Shown here one piece after another: positions 9,091 through 17,767 of a stretch of DNA of 31,800 nt. The notes beneath the pieces are model-generated. The model saw only the letters and a program-made list of their open reading frames with translations. It ran no database searches and was not told where the DNA came from. The DNA is taken from assembly GCA_049515895.1 (NCBI GenBank), contig JBEKTQ010000029.1:1-31800 (forward strand), given 5' to 3'. The first letter of the stretch is position 1. Each line of letters opens with the position of its first letter. A program made the position numbers and the translations under genes. The stretch comes from Candidatus Bathyarchaeia archaeon. Lineage in GTDB: Archaea; Thermoproteota; Bathyarchaeia; Bathyarchaeales; Bathycorpusculaceae.

Positions 9091-10071
9091 TCAAATAAGC
9101 TTGCTAGATGATTGTTTCTCGTTTAATCTGTCGAGAAGGGAGCTGGTCATAATGGGCATTATCACTGTGGCGTCGCCTTCAATCATTATGCGCCTTGCTT
9201 TTTCGCTGATTTTTCCCCATGAAACGGCTTCGCGTGGTCGAGCTCCACTCAGGCTACCGTCCCACTCATCTGCTGTGCTGATATAGACGACATAGTCCAA
9301 GCCATCTTTGAATTGGTTCCACCATATCGTGTGGTGTTTCGAGATGCCGCCGCCGACAATCAGTGCGCCACTTCTCTTTGCGTCAAAAATTATGTTGTTG
9401 AGGTCGCCTTCGTCTTTTAGCAAGTTGATTCTAAAGTCATGGTGGTCTTGACTGAAGAACCAAAGTTGATAGCCTACAGCGCCGTCGGTTATGCCAGGCA
9501 CGTAAACTGGAATGTTGTTTTTAGCTGCCCAAAAAAGAATTGAGCTTTCGTTACAGCAGCGCAACCCTATTTCTCGTGCAAGCTCGCAGGTTGAAAGCTC
9601 ACGTTTGCCTTCCTTGTACAGTTCCTTCAGAAGCGCTTGGATTTTCTGTTCAATTATTATTCCGTAGCTATCGTTAGGTACCAGCACATTTCCCAAACGG
9701 TTTAAGCCTTCCCGATGAAGCTTTGAATCATTCATTACGAAGCTGCCCTTGTAGTAGTCCTTCCAGCATCGCGCGACGTCATGGTCCAGAGTGCCGCAGG
9801 TTGTTATGACGACGTCAACGAGCCTGCGCTTGATTAATTCTTTGATTACGCCTCGGGTGCCAGTGGCTACTATGTCGGCGGGAAACGATAGGAACTTGAC
9901 GCAGCCCTTTGTGTTAATCATGGATTCCATGATGCTAACGCCTGTCGCAAGTTTTCCAGCGGTGAAACCCCACGCCTTATCCATTTGGCGAACAAGATTG
10001 TCCACAGACATTTCTTGGGCGAGCTCGTAGTCTTTCACTGCTTCTTTGTGTTGTTTATGTGCTTTTGGCAT
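9091..10071 (-). CDS. dys: Deoxyhypusine synthase (canonical archaeal type)
   Basis: ITTCGTLDHD, NRLGN, PGITDG, VGGGISKHH, WDGSLSGARPREAVSWGK, GDAT; AAGGAG SD. Confidence 0.93.
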   Translation of the reverse strand: MPKAHKQHKEAVKDYELAQEMSVDNLVRQMDKAWGFTAGKLATGVSIMESMINTKGCVKFLSFPADIVATGTRGVIKELIKRRLVDVVITTCGTLDHDVARCWKDYYKGSFVMNDSKLHREGLNRLGNVLVPNDSYGIIIEQKIQALLKELYKEGKRELSTCELAREIGLRCCNESSILFWAAKNNIPVYVPGITDGAVGYQLWFFSQDHHDFRINLLKDEGDLNNIIFDAKRSGALIVGGGISKHHTIWWNQFKDGLDYVVYISTADEWDGSLSGARPREAVSWGKISEKARRIMIEGDATVIMPIMTSSLLDRLNEKQSSSKLI

Positions 10072-10133
10072 GGCCTAATCTCCTTGCAATGGATTAATGA
10101 GCGTTAAAATAAATATGTGTCTAGCGCTTGGGG

Positions 10134-11024
10134 TTATTCTGATAGATAACTGATGATTCTTTGGTAAATATCGTGGTCAGATGAGTCTTCGTAGCCAGCG
10201 TAGATGCTCGGGTTGTCGTTAACTTCAACTACAACGTATTCGCCGTTGACTTCTTTGATGTCCACACCGTAGAGCCCTTTCCCAACCACACTACAGGCTT
10301 TCAGAGCCACTTCCCTGAGCCCAAGGGGCATATTTCGCTTCCTGAGGCTAACCGTTCTGCCCCAAATTACTGTGGGTTTGCCTCGGAGTTTGGCACCGTG
10401 TTTCCATTTGCCTTTGGGAATCATGTATTTGCAAACGTACAATATGTCGTTGTTCAGTACGCCGACTCTCCAGTCGAAAACTGTAGGGGTAAACTTTTGA
10501 ATAGCCAAAATGTCAGATTTCCTGAAGAATCGTTTCGCAACATCCCGAAAGCTTGTTTCGCAGGCAGCTTTCTCAACGTAACGCGAGAAACTCGTGTATG
10601 GCGCCTTAATAACGACGGGTTTTCCGAGAGAATCAAATATCTCGCTGATTTTTTTGTGGTGCAACTCATCCTTGCTCAGAAATATTGTTGGTATCCGCGG
10701 GACATCGTATTTTTCAAAAAGCGCGTACTGATGAATCTTATTTCCGCAGATAGTTATCGATTCCGGGTCGTCGATAACTTTCAAACCCAGTTCCCAAGCA
10801 GTTTTAGAAACCACGTACGCAGTGTTCAACGGGTCAGTGGTTGCTCTGATGAAAACCGCATCGTATTTTGGTACCTCCGAAATGTCTTCTCGAAAGATGA
10901 AGTGGAATTCGCTTCCCTGCTTTTCAGTGGCTACCTTGAAGTTTTGCAGTGCGCCTTCCTCACGCGGATCTGTAAAATTATATTTCTCAACAAAACACGC
11001 GATCTTAGACACCGAAGGGTTCAC
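10134..11024 (-). CDS. RimK-family ATP-grasp alpha-L-glutamate ligase
   Basis: YDAVFIRATT, VIDDPESI, PVVIKAP, QKF..T.FDWRVGVL, GLYGVDIKE and VEVNDNPSI motifs. Confidence 0.9.
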   Translation of the reverse strand: MNPSVSKIACFVEKYNFTDPREEGALQNFKVATEKQGSEFHFIFREDISEVPKYDAVFIRATTDPLNTAYVVSKTAWELGLKVIDDPESITICGNKIHQYALFEKYDVPRIPTIFLSKDELHHKKISEIFDSLGKPVVIKAPYTSFSRYVEKAACETSFRDVAKRFFRKSDILAIQKFTPTVFDWRVGVLNNDILYVCKYMIPKGKWKHGAKLRGKPTVIWGRTVSLRKRNMPLGLREVALKACSVVGKGLYGVDIKEVNGEYVVVEVNDNPSIYAGYEDSSDHDIYQRIISYLSE

Positions 11025-11706
11025 CCTGCTCAGAAATGAGCGAGACCTCTTTGGATATTATTTTCAAATCCTGTTCGGAAAGCTCCTCTTTATTTACGGC
11101 TTGCAATCCACTAAGATAAGCTTTGTCAACAGTTTTTTGTATGTACAATTTGCAGATTGGGATCCCGAAGGTCTTGTAGACTTTTTCCGCGATTTTCTGC
11201 GTGTCTGGATCTTGGTTAACAGTTTTGCCGAAGTATGTGTTGATGGCGGAAAGTTCGCCTCTGAGAGGCTGCGCGCATACAGCGAATTTATAGTTCATGC
11301 CTAAGCTTTTCATAGCTCGGTAAAGAGCACTCTTGTTGTTGGCTACTTTGAAGCCACCATAAATGAAAGGGTTAACCGCGAAAATCAGAACTGGGAAGCC
11401 GAGGTCGCTTATTATCTTTTTAACAGAGTCGGTAACGATGAAAGGTAAAGTTGCTACGCCTGCTTTGGCTGCTCTGAGAAGAAAAACCGGGGTTCTGCTT
11501 GAGTCAATAATGTTCTCGCATGACGGAATGACGTGGTTGCCTAGAATTTCAGCATGCATGGAAACATAATAACCAGTCTTGAGGTATCGGTATTCGTTAT
11601 TGATGTTGAGGGTTGGTTCTTTGATTGTGGAATCTAAAAACGTTGCAGGCTTTATTACTTGCAAATTAGTGGTTAGGTCGATGTTTGAGACGACCAACAC
11701 GGTCAT
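11005..11706 (-). CDS. RimK-like ATP-grasp N-terminal (RLAN) domain protein
   Basis: YRYLKTGYYVSMHAEILGNHVIPS is the RLAN signature; followed by a degenerate ATP-grasp-like region; overlaps the rimK-like gene by 20 nt. Confidence 0.82.
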   Translation of the reverse strand: MTVLVVSNIDLTTNLQVIKPATFLDSTIKEPTLNINNEYRYLKTGYYVSMHAEILGNHVIPSCENIIDSSRTPVFLLRAAKAGVATLPFIVTDSVKKIISDLGFPVLIFAVNPFIYGGFKVANNKSALYRAMKSLGMNYKFAVCAQPLRGELSAINTYFGKTVNQDPDTQKIAEKVYKTFGIPICKLYIQKTVDKAYLSGLQAVNKEELSEQDLKIISKEVSLISEQGEPFGV

Positions 11707-11814
11707 GGGACACCAGGGTTAATCAGAAGGCGTTATTGGTGCAGTTATATTTAAGATTAACTACCGCCATATTCGCATCCCAAGCTGACGCTAAACGGAA
11801 AGAGGTACAACCTC

Positions 11815-13002
11815 ACGTATAAAACGCTTGAAGTCTTTGGACCGGAACACGAATTAGCACTCGTAGATCGAGAACTGAGACCTTTGCCGATCTCCGACAA
11901 AATCATCAAGGATTATTGCGGAAAAATCATTAACTTCGTTGAAATGCCCTCATTCACTTTTGGCAAAGAGCTGCAAATGCATGTGATGGAGTTGAAAGCA
12001 AACTCTCCGTTTAAATCCCCCATCGAATTTGAGGAGACAATGCAGAACGCGGTTTCAACTCTAAGCCAAATCGTGCAAAAACACGGCGCCCTGCTTCTCG
12101 GGACAGGGATGCATCCTCTGCTAGAGCTTAAGGAAACCGCTGTCTGGCCTCATTACCACAGAAAGATTTATGATGAATTCGCCAAAATCTTTAATCTAAA
12201 CCAGCATGGTTGGCTGAACATCCAAAGCTTCCACCTGAATCTTCCATACCAAAAAGAGAAGGACGGCGTCCAACTGCATAATTTGCTCGCCAACCTCTGC
12301 GCTTATCTTCCAGCCATCACCGCTTCCTCCCCACTTTACGAAGGCAAGGCCGGCCCAGATAGGGACAATCGGCTGAAGTTTTACAAAGCAAATCAGAAGG
12401 AAATCCCATCAATAACAGCTGATGTAGTTCCCGAGTACACTACCTCGTTTAGCAGATACAAGCACGATGTTATCGTGCAGTACTCAGAAGATTTGGCCAA
12501 GGCAGGCGCTGAAAAAACAATTCTTTGGCGCGAATGGATCAACTCAAGAGGCGTGATTTTCCGTTTTGACCGTTCAGCCCTTGAAGTACGGGTGATGGAT
12601 GAGCAAGAATGCATTAAATCCGACGTCGCATTGAGCTGTTTTATTCGAGCGGCGCTCAAAGGGTTAGTCGCGAAGAAAGCTGAGCTTTTGCCGCATGATC
12701 TGCTTGTTCGCGACTTCAACGCTGTCATCAGGGAAGGGTTAAACGCTAAAGTTTCAAATCCTCACGGCAAAACTGCAAAGCAAGTGTGCCGAGCCTACCT
12801 TGACCTGGCACATGAGTATGCTGACGCAGATGAAAAAAGGTACCTCTGGCTCGTTGACAAGCGACTGGAAACTGGCAGCTTATCCGAAATCATACTGGAC
12901 AGAGTTTTACGCCGTGCTGAAAAAACAAGTTTCCATGAAGCAATAGTAAATATTTATTCAACGCTTATTAAATGCCTATCCAATAATGAACCCTACTTCT
13001 AG
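11815..13002 (+). CDS. Glutamate--cysteine ligase family 2 (GCS2) carboxylate-amine ligase; start codon uncertain
   Basis: In-frame N-terminal YKTLEVFGPEHELALVD lies upstream of TTG 11884; also ELQMHVMELK, GMHP, QSFHLNL, SSP.YEG, DNR and FRFDRSALEVRVMD. Confidence 0.87.
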   Translation, partial: TYKTLEVFGPEHELALVDRELRPLPISDKIIKDYCGKIINFVEMPSFTFGKELQMHVMELKANSPFKSPIEFEETMQNAVSTLSQIVQKHGALLLGTGMHPLLELKETAVWPHYHRKIYDEFAKIFNLNQHGWLNIQSFHLNLPYQKEKDGVQLHNLLANLCAYLPAITASSPLYEGKAGPDRDNRLKFYKANQKEIPSITADVVPEYTTSFSRYKHDVIVQYSEDLAKAGAEKTILWREWINSRGVIFRFDRSALEVRVMDEQECIKSDVALSCFIRAALKGLVAKKAELLPHDLLVRDFNAVIREGLNAKVSNPHGKTAKQVCRAYLDLAHEYADADEKRYLWLVDKRLETGSLSEIILDRVLRRAEKTSFHEAIVNIYSTLIKCLSNNEPYF

Positions 13003-13018
13003 AAAAGGGGAAAACACC

Positions 13019-13564
13019 ATGCATGAAGATGACAGTGGAGTGACCTATTCCTTTAATGTCTGCAGGCACTGCATAGACGGCTGCTGCAAAGATGCAAAAC
13101 CGCCGCTGTGCGAACAACGGGAAAAAATCATAAAAGAATTCTTGGAGAAACAGAAAATCAGCATCAAAAAACCCTTTGTCAAAGCAGGCTACTCTTACCC
13201 CACGGTTGACGAGTTTCTTTTCTGCAGTTTTTTCAACAAGAGAACAGGAAAATGCCTAGTACACCAAGTAAAGCCTGAAACATGCACAGCTGGTCCAGTT
13301 ACATTTGACGTTAATTTTTCTACCAAAAAAATTGAGTGGTTTCTCAAAAAAAGCGAAATTTGCGCTTATGCGGAAACACTTTACACTGATAAAGAGGCTT
13401 TTAAGAAACACTTCGACGTGGCTAGAAAACAGTTAACTCAATTAATCTGCGAACTTGATCCAGAAGAGCTTAGAACCATAGTGAAAATTGAGGAGCCCCA
13501 TACATTCAAAATAGGAGAAGACGACCTGCCTCTAGAAGCCGTAAGAAAACTCGAATTGAAATGA
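13019..13564 (+). CDS. YkgJ-family cysteine-cluster (Zn/Fe-S) protein
   Basis: CRHCIDGCC...CSFF...CLVHQVKPETC..GP pattern; ATG 13019 follows AAGGGG. Confidence 0.85.
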   Translation: MHEDDSGVTYSFNVCRHCIDGCCKDAKPPLCEQREKIIKEFLEKQKISIKKPFVKAGYSYPTVDEFLFCSFFNKRTGKCLVHQVKPETCTAGPVTFDVNFSTKKIEWFLKKSEICAYAETLYTDKEAFKKHFDVARKQLTQLICELDPEELRTIVKIEEPHTFKIGEDDLPLEAVRKLELK

Positions 13565-13673
13565 GTTTTTTTGGATTGAATATTCAAAAGACCTTGTATC
13601 CTCTGCTGCAGCAGATTCTCGAGTTTAATAATGCCCTGTTTTTGTTTCGCGCATTTTCCTCGCATGATTCAAC

Positions 13674-14315
13674 CTAGCGGCGTTTCTTGCTCCAAGAGCT
13701 TTGTCTTAAGAAGCGGCTAGAGAATGTTTGCCGGCTAACCTTGAGGAGTTGCTCTAAATCTCTTTCAGAGTCGATATCCAACATAACGCTTGAAGAGACG
13801 AAGATTTTGGTCATAACATTTTTAGCTAACGCCTTGTCAACGTGCCTTTTGAAGCTGTTAGGTCCAAAGCAAGGTGAAACAATTCCCGGCGGCGTTTGTA
13901 GCAGAGCGTTGGTTCCGCCGTTTCGCGAGGGCGAGATAACCACCGAACTGTTTAACGATAGCTTGACTAGTTCGTTTACATCTTTTTCTGTTATGAGCGG
14001 AACATCTGCAGGTAAAATTAAAACCAGTTTTGCGCCGTTTCGAACACACCATTTTGTCGCCTGATTGAGAGCTTGGTTTAGGCCTTCCTGATTTTCTTTG
14101 AGAAAAGTCATGCCGAAATCTTTCACTAATCCCTCCACCGTTGAGTCGGAGCTTACTACAACTGTTTTGGTAACTTTTGAAGACTTCAAAGCGTTTAAAA
14201 CATCCTCAATCATAGCTAGGGTAAAAAGAGGGCGTTCTTGAAGGGTAAAAAAGTTGGAGAGCCTTGTCTTAGATTTCAGTAGCGATTTTACTGGCACTAT
14301 GGCGAAGGTAGACAT
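13674..14315 (-). CDS. cofC: 2-phospho-L-lactate/phosphoenolpyruvate guanylyltransferase (F420 biosynthesis)
   Basis: AIVPVK..KSKTRLS, GLNQAL, ILPADVP, GGTNAL, FGPNSF.RH and LDIDSERDL motifs. Confidence 0.93.
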   Translation of the reverse strand: MSTFAIVPVKSLLKSKTRLSNFFTLQERPLFTLAMIEDVLNALKSSKVTKTVVVSSDSTVEGLVKDFGMTFLKENQEGLNQALNQATKWCVRNGAKLVLILPADVPLITEKDVNELVKLSLNSSVVISPSRNGGTNALLQTPPGIVSPCFGPNSFKRHVDKALAKNVMTKIFVSSSVMLDIDSERDLEQLLKVSRQTFSSRFLRQSSWSKKRR

Positions 14316-14451
14316 ATCCAACCAACTTTTCAGGATTAGACAGGACTAAATTATTCTCAATTATTTGGCGCTTAACAGTTTTAAGATTTATGCCTTTATT
14401 TGGTTTGCCACGTTCTAACTTGCCCCAAGTTAATAAAAAGTGAAAATTCAC

Positions 14452-14793
14452 TTATGCTTCAAAATCTAGCAAGCCCGCATCCTTCAGCTTTAAGGCTAAG
14501 ACAAGGTTGCCGCTGAGGTGGATTTTCCCACCGAAAAAAGCTTGCGTCGATTTTAACTTTCCGTTTACCAGATCCATGAAATCTGTGTCAGCAATTGTCA
14601 GGGTCAAGGTAGGCGAGGGATGGGTTCCTTCACTGATCTTTAATATTTTGTTTTTTAAGGTAAGTACCCAACTGCCACCGTTCGGTCCAGTTAAGTTCAG
14701 TTGGGCGGTAACGTCAAAGTCATCTGCTTTTTCAGGTTTGAATTTACTCGGCAGAATTTCCTCCAAGAATTGTTTAGGTGTCTTAGCTTCCAT
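14452..14793 (-). CDS. SCP2 sterol/lipid-binding domain protein
   Basis: GPNGGSWVL, PTLTLTI...DFMDLVNGKL...AFFGGKIHLSGNL motif. Confidence 0.9.
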   Translation of the reverse strand: MEAKTPKQFLEEILPSKFKPEKADDFDVTAQLNLTGPNGGSWVLTLKNKILKISEGTHPSPTLTLTIADTDFMDLVNGKLKSTQAFFGGKIHLSGNLVLALKLKDAGLLDFEA

Positions 14794-14821
14794 TATGTTC
14801 AACTCAAGTTTGTTTTTTCAT

Positions 14822-15580
14822 TTATCTGAATAGATCTTTTTCTTTGGGTCTTGTAAGTTCAACCGCCGATGTGTTTTCTGCGGTTTGGTAATTGTAGCCC
14901 CTGATGATAGCTGCTGGAATCCCTTCGTTTGCTTGCCCAATGACCAGTTCCGCTGCCGAGGATAATTCGTCTGCTATGGCTGTCTGTTTTATTCTAAGGA
15001 CGTACCCAAACAGGTCTTTTTCGCCCCGTCTATCTCTAATCGGTTTGATTCCTGATACACCGACTGCCACGTTTATTTCACCCATGCGAAACGGTCTTCC
15101 ATGCGTGTCGGAAACAATTACCGCCACATTAGCGCCTGTTAACCGTTTTATTTCTTTCCTGATGTTCTGTGCAGAAGCATCCGGCTTTTTCGGTAGGGGC
15201 ACCACGTTTCTGTCGCCTGAAACGTTCGACCTGTCGACACCAGCATTAGCACAAATTATGCCGCTTTTTGTTTCTGAGATTATGCTGTTCTTGTTCAATC
15301 TGACGATTTCTTTGGTTTCCTGAAGGACTACCTCGACCAAAGCTGGGTCTTTGCCTGTTTTCAACGCTACTTCTTCAGCTTGCTTCGAGGGGACAACGTC
15401 GTCAAGGTTAACAATGTTCCCTTCAGCTTTGGAAACGACCACATGGGTTACCACGATCACATCTTTTTCTTGTAAGGGCGTTTTCTGCTTTTCTGCTGCT
15501 TGAACAATTAGCTGCCCTATGTTATCTCCCTTCTTTATTAGCGGAAGATTCTCAACGGCAATTACCATTATTGGTTTCAT
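14822..15580 (-). CDS. cofE: Coenzyme F420-0:L-glutamate ligase
   Basis: LPLIKKGD, VVSKAEG, CANAGVDRSN, VIVSDTHGRPFRMG, DLFG, ADELSSAA and RPKEKDLFR motifs. Confidence 0.96.
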   Translation of the reverse strand: MKPIMVIAVENLPLIKKGDNIGQLIVQAAEKQKTPLQEKDVIVVTHVVVSKAEGNIVNLDDVVPSKQAEEVALKTGKDPALVEVVLQETKEIVRLNKNSIISETKSGIICANAGVDRSNVSGDRNVVPLPKKPDASAQNIRKEIKRLTGANVAVIVSDTHGRPFRMGEINVAVGVSGIKPIRDRRGEKDLFGYVLRIKQTAIADELSSAAELVIGQANEGIPAAIIRGYNYQTAENTSAVELTRPKEKDLFR

Positions 15581-15681
15581 GCAGTCTTCACTCTATTTTT
15601 AAAGCTAATACTACAAGGACTAATACATTAAAAGGTTATCTTGCACGATTGTGAAAACTTTCGGAAAAATGATTTGCAATC

Positions 15682-15715
15682 AAAAAATTTTGAAAAAATA
15701 GAAAATAGAAAAAAG
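15682..15715 (-). terminator. Oligo-T archaeal terminator after MetF-like gene
   Basis: Several T runs on the minus strand just downstream of the stop at 15726. Confidence 0.45.
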
Positions 15716-15725
15716 TAGCTTTGGT

Positions 15726-16451
15726 TTAGCCTCTGAATTTCTGCAACTTTTGCAACATCTCTTTGTCGCCTTCAGCATCTCCAGCGCATGTTGCAATTAT
15801 GCCGTCTACTAAGCCTACTAGCCTTGCAGCTTTCTCTTCTACCGTATCCATTGTTGCCGCTGTGGGCCAACCGATCCTCTTGACTATCTCGGTATTCTTT
15901 GGTGTGCCGACTAGGAAGTATGCGTAGATCGGCTTGTTCATCTTCTTGCATTCAGCTGCTACTTGCTGGAGAATTGGGAAGGATTTGTCCTCGAGCCTCA
16001 TGAAGTAAATGAAGTCCCATGGTTCTTGTGCGCGTTTTATAGCATCCTCCGCGGAGGCTCTTGCTGTCAGTAGGCAGCCGAGTTTGAGGTTCTTTGTTTT
16101 AACTGTGTTGCGTATAAAGTCTCTTGCAGCCTCAGATGAAGGCAGCATCTTGATTGGCTCGCCATATGCGGGTTTATCTCCCATGGTGATTGCCAAGCCA
16201 TCTAGGCCTATGACGTCGGATGCTAACGCTAAGCCTCCAACTTCAACAGGTCCTTTATAGTGCAGAATGAATATTGGGCAGACATATTTTTCTGGGTACT
16301 TACTCTTTAAGATGCAGCTTACGACGACGCCGCTGGGCGCTGGAAACCCTGCTGCGCTGTCAGTAACGTTCCACCCGTCAACTAGGTCCTTGATTTCGTC
16401 TGCAAGCTTCAAAAATTTGCGTGTCGGGACAAACTCATTTAGTATTTTCAT
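15726..16451 (-). CDS. Divergent methylenetetrahydrofolate reductase (MetF)-like FAD TIM-barrel protein
   Basis: MKILNEFVP (cf. EFFPP), DGWNVTDSAAG, LAITMGDKP (cf. LALRGD); about 241 aa from ATG 16451 (track start is GTG 16490). Confidence 0.72.
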   Translation of the reverse strand: MKILNEFVPTRKFLKLADEIKDLVDGWNVTDSAAGFPAPSGVVVSCILKSKYPEKYVCPIFILHYKGPVEVGGLALASDVIGLDGLAITMGDKPAYGEPIKMLPSSEAARDFIRNTVKTKNLKLGCLLTARASAEDAIKRAQEPWDFIYFMRLEDKSFPILQQVAAECKKMNKPIYAYFLVGTPKNTEIVKRIGWPTAATMDTVEEKAARLVGLVDGIIATCAGDAEGDKEMLQKLQKFRG

Positions 16452-16610
16452 GGAGATTTCATCTCGGCTAAAGGCTAACTGGGTTATCACTAAAAAATCT
16501 TTTGTATACTGACTATGCGTGCTTATGTAAAGAAAAGCCTTTGATCATGTATGAAGGCAGGGCGAACGGTTCCTGTTGCCAATTCTCGATATGCGGCGTT
16601 TGGTCGGATG

Positions 16611-17669
16611 CTATGGTTTCGGCTGGGCTTTTGCAACTTGAGCGTCATGTTTTTTCTTTGTCAACTTAAGAAGCAGCCCTTTCGAGAACGCTCCTTCTTC
16701 AATAGGCTTTGATTCTAGGAACCCCGTTTTTTCAGCGTTTGTGAAGAGTTCTTCGCCTTTTTCAGTGCGGATAATCGTGAATGTCCAGCCGTCAAGTCCC
16801 AGTCCGCCAACGGAGACGTCTGCGAGTTCTGAGCTGAAGTCTTCGCATACACTGCAGCTTGTTCTGACATACTGCTTTATGTCTGCAAGCGGGATGGATG
16901 TGGTCCCGGCGGGTGTGGTTACAAGCATTTTTCCTTTAATGTTCATTTTGGTTATGTCGTTGAGGTTGATGCCAAGTTTTCCTTTAATATGGTTCTCCAT
17001 GAGCCCCTCGTAGTCGAAACATTCCGAGCACATGAGCCCGACGAGATACTTGATTGGGGCGCTCATCTTCTTCACGTTGTTCATCTGCATTTTTCGGATG
17101 GCTTGAATCTGGCAGGGCGTGCCTACGAATGCAACTTGAGTTTTCTTCTGCTTAATCACTTCAGGCAAAGCCATTAACGCTGAAGAACAAGTGTATTTTG
17201 TTCCTGCCGACTCTACGATTTTCTCAGGGGTCGTTGCAAGAACGGGGACTGGAAGGAACGGTTTTTCTTGGCTTTTTCCAGAAACCACGGCGCCGTCTAT
17301 TAGCCCGCTTTTCAAGGCAGCTACCAGCATTGCTGTGGCGGCCCCACCGTCTTGGCGAACCTTCAGGATGTCACTTGGTTTCGCTTGGGCGGCGACTACT
17401 CGGCGGTAGACTCCGAATTCTTCCTGCGGGTTTCTTATTTTGCCGAAGGTGAATTCCTCAGCCTTCGCCATTGCCCAGTTGAAACGTGGGCAAGCTTGGG
17501 CGCATATGCCGCAGACTTTGCATTCCTTCACCAAATTAGGTTTTCCCTTGGCAAGTTCAAGGCTGCCGAAGGGACAGGCGACAACGCACGTTCCACAGCT
17601 TGCACATTTTCCTGTTTCAACAACCTCAGTTAATAAAGAATTTCCAAAACCAACCTTTTTTGCGCTCAT
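16611..17669 (-). CDS. F420 hydrogenase/dehydrogenase beta-subunit family protein (FrhB/FpoF-like) with N-terminal 2x[4Fe-4S]
   Basis: CASCGTCVVACP, CKVCGICAQACP, QDGGAAT, AGTKY, VGTPCQ, GLMC, CSVCEDF and DVSVGG motifs. Confidence 0.92.
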   Translation of the reverse strand: MSAKKVGFGNSLLTEVVETGKCASCGTCVVACPFGSLELAKGKPNLVKECKVCGICAQACPRFNWAMAKAEEFTFGKIRNPQEEFGVYRRVVAAQAKPSDILKVRQDGGAATAMLVAALKSGLIDGAVVSGKSQEKPFLPVPVLATTPEKIVESAGTKYTCSSALMALPEVIKQKKTQVAFVGTPCQIQAIRKMQMNNVKKMSAPIKYLVGLMCSECFDYEGLMENHIKGKLGINLNDITKMNIKGKMLVTTPAGTTSIPLADIKQYVRTSCSVCEDFSSELADVSVGGLGLDGWTFTIIRTEKGEELFTNAEKTGFLESKPIEEGAFSKGLLLKLTKKKHDAQVAKAQPKP

Positions 17670-17767
17670 GATGGAAGCATATGAAAGTGATTCTATTTAA
17701 ATATTAAATAAAGAAGCCCTTTGGGGTCCGCAGTGCCGATTTTCAAATCAGCGGCTTGTATCGCTTG

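Noticed and set aside
10072-10133. Idea that RLAN-rimK and dys form one operon modifying aIF5A
   Set aside because: A TATA-like TATTTATTTTAA in the spacer suggests dys has its own promoter; adjacency alone is insufficient.
10398-11304. Long antisense ORFs (213 and 160 aa) over the rimK/RLAN genes, and similar shadows over argS, cof, the ATPase and cdh genes
   Set aside because: Typical antisense shadows of real genes; no motifs of their own.
13602-13615. Perfect 14-bp palindrome TCTGCTGCAGCAGA between convergent genes
   Set aside because: Single occurrence with no loop; compatible with chance or termination, and no supporting context.
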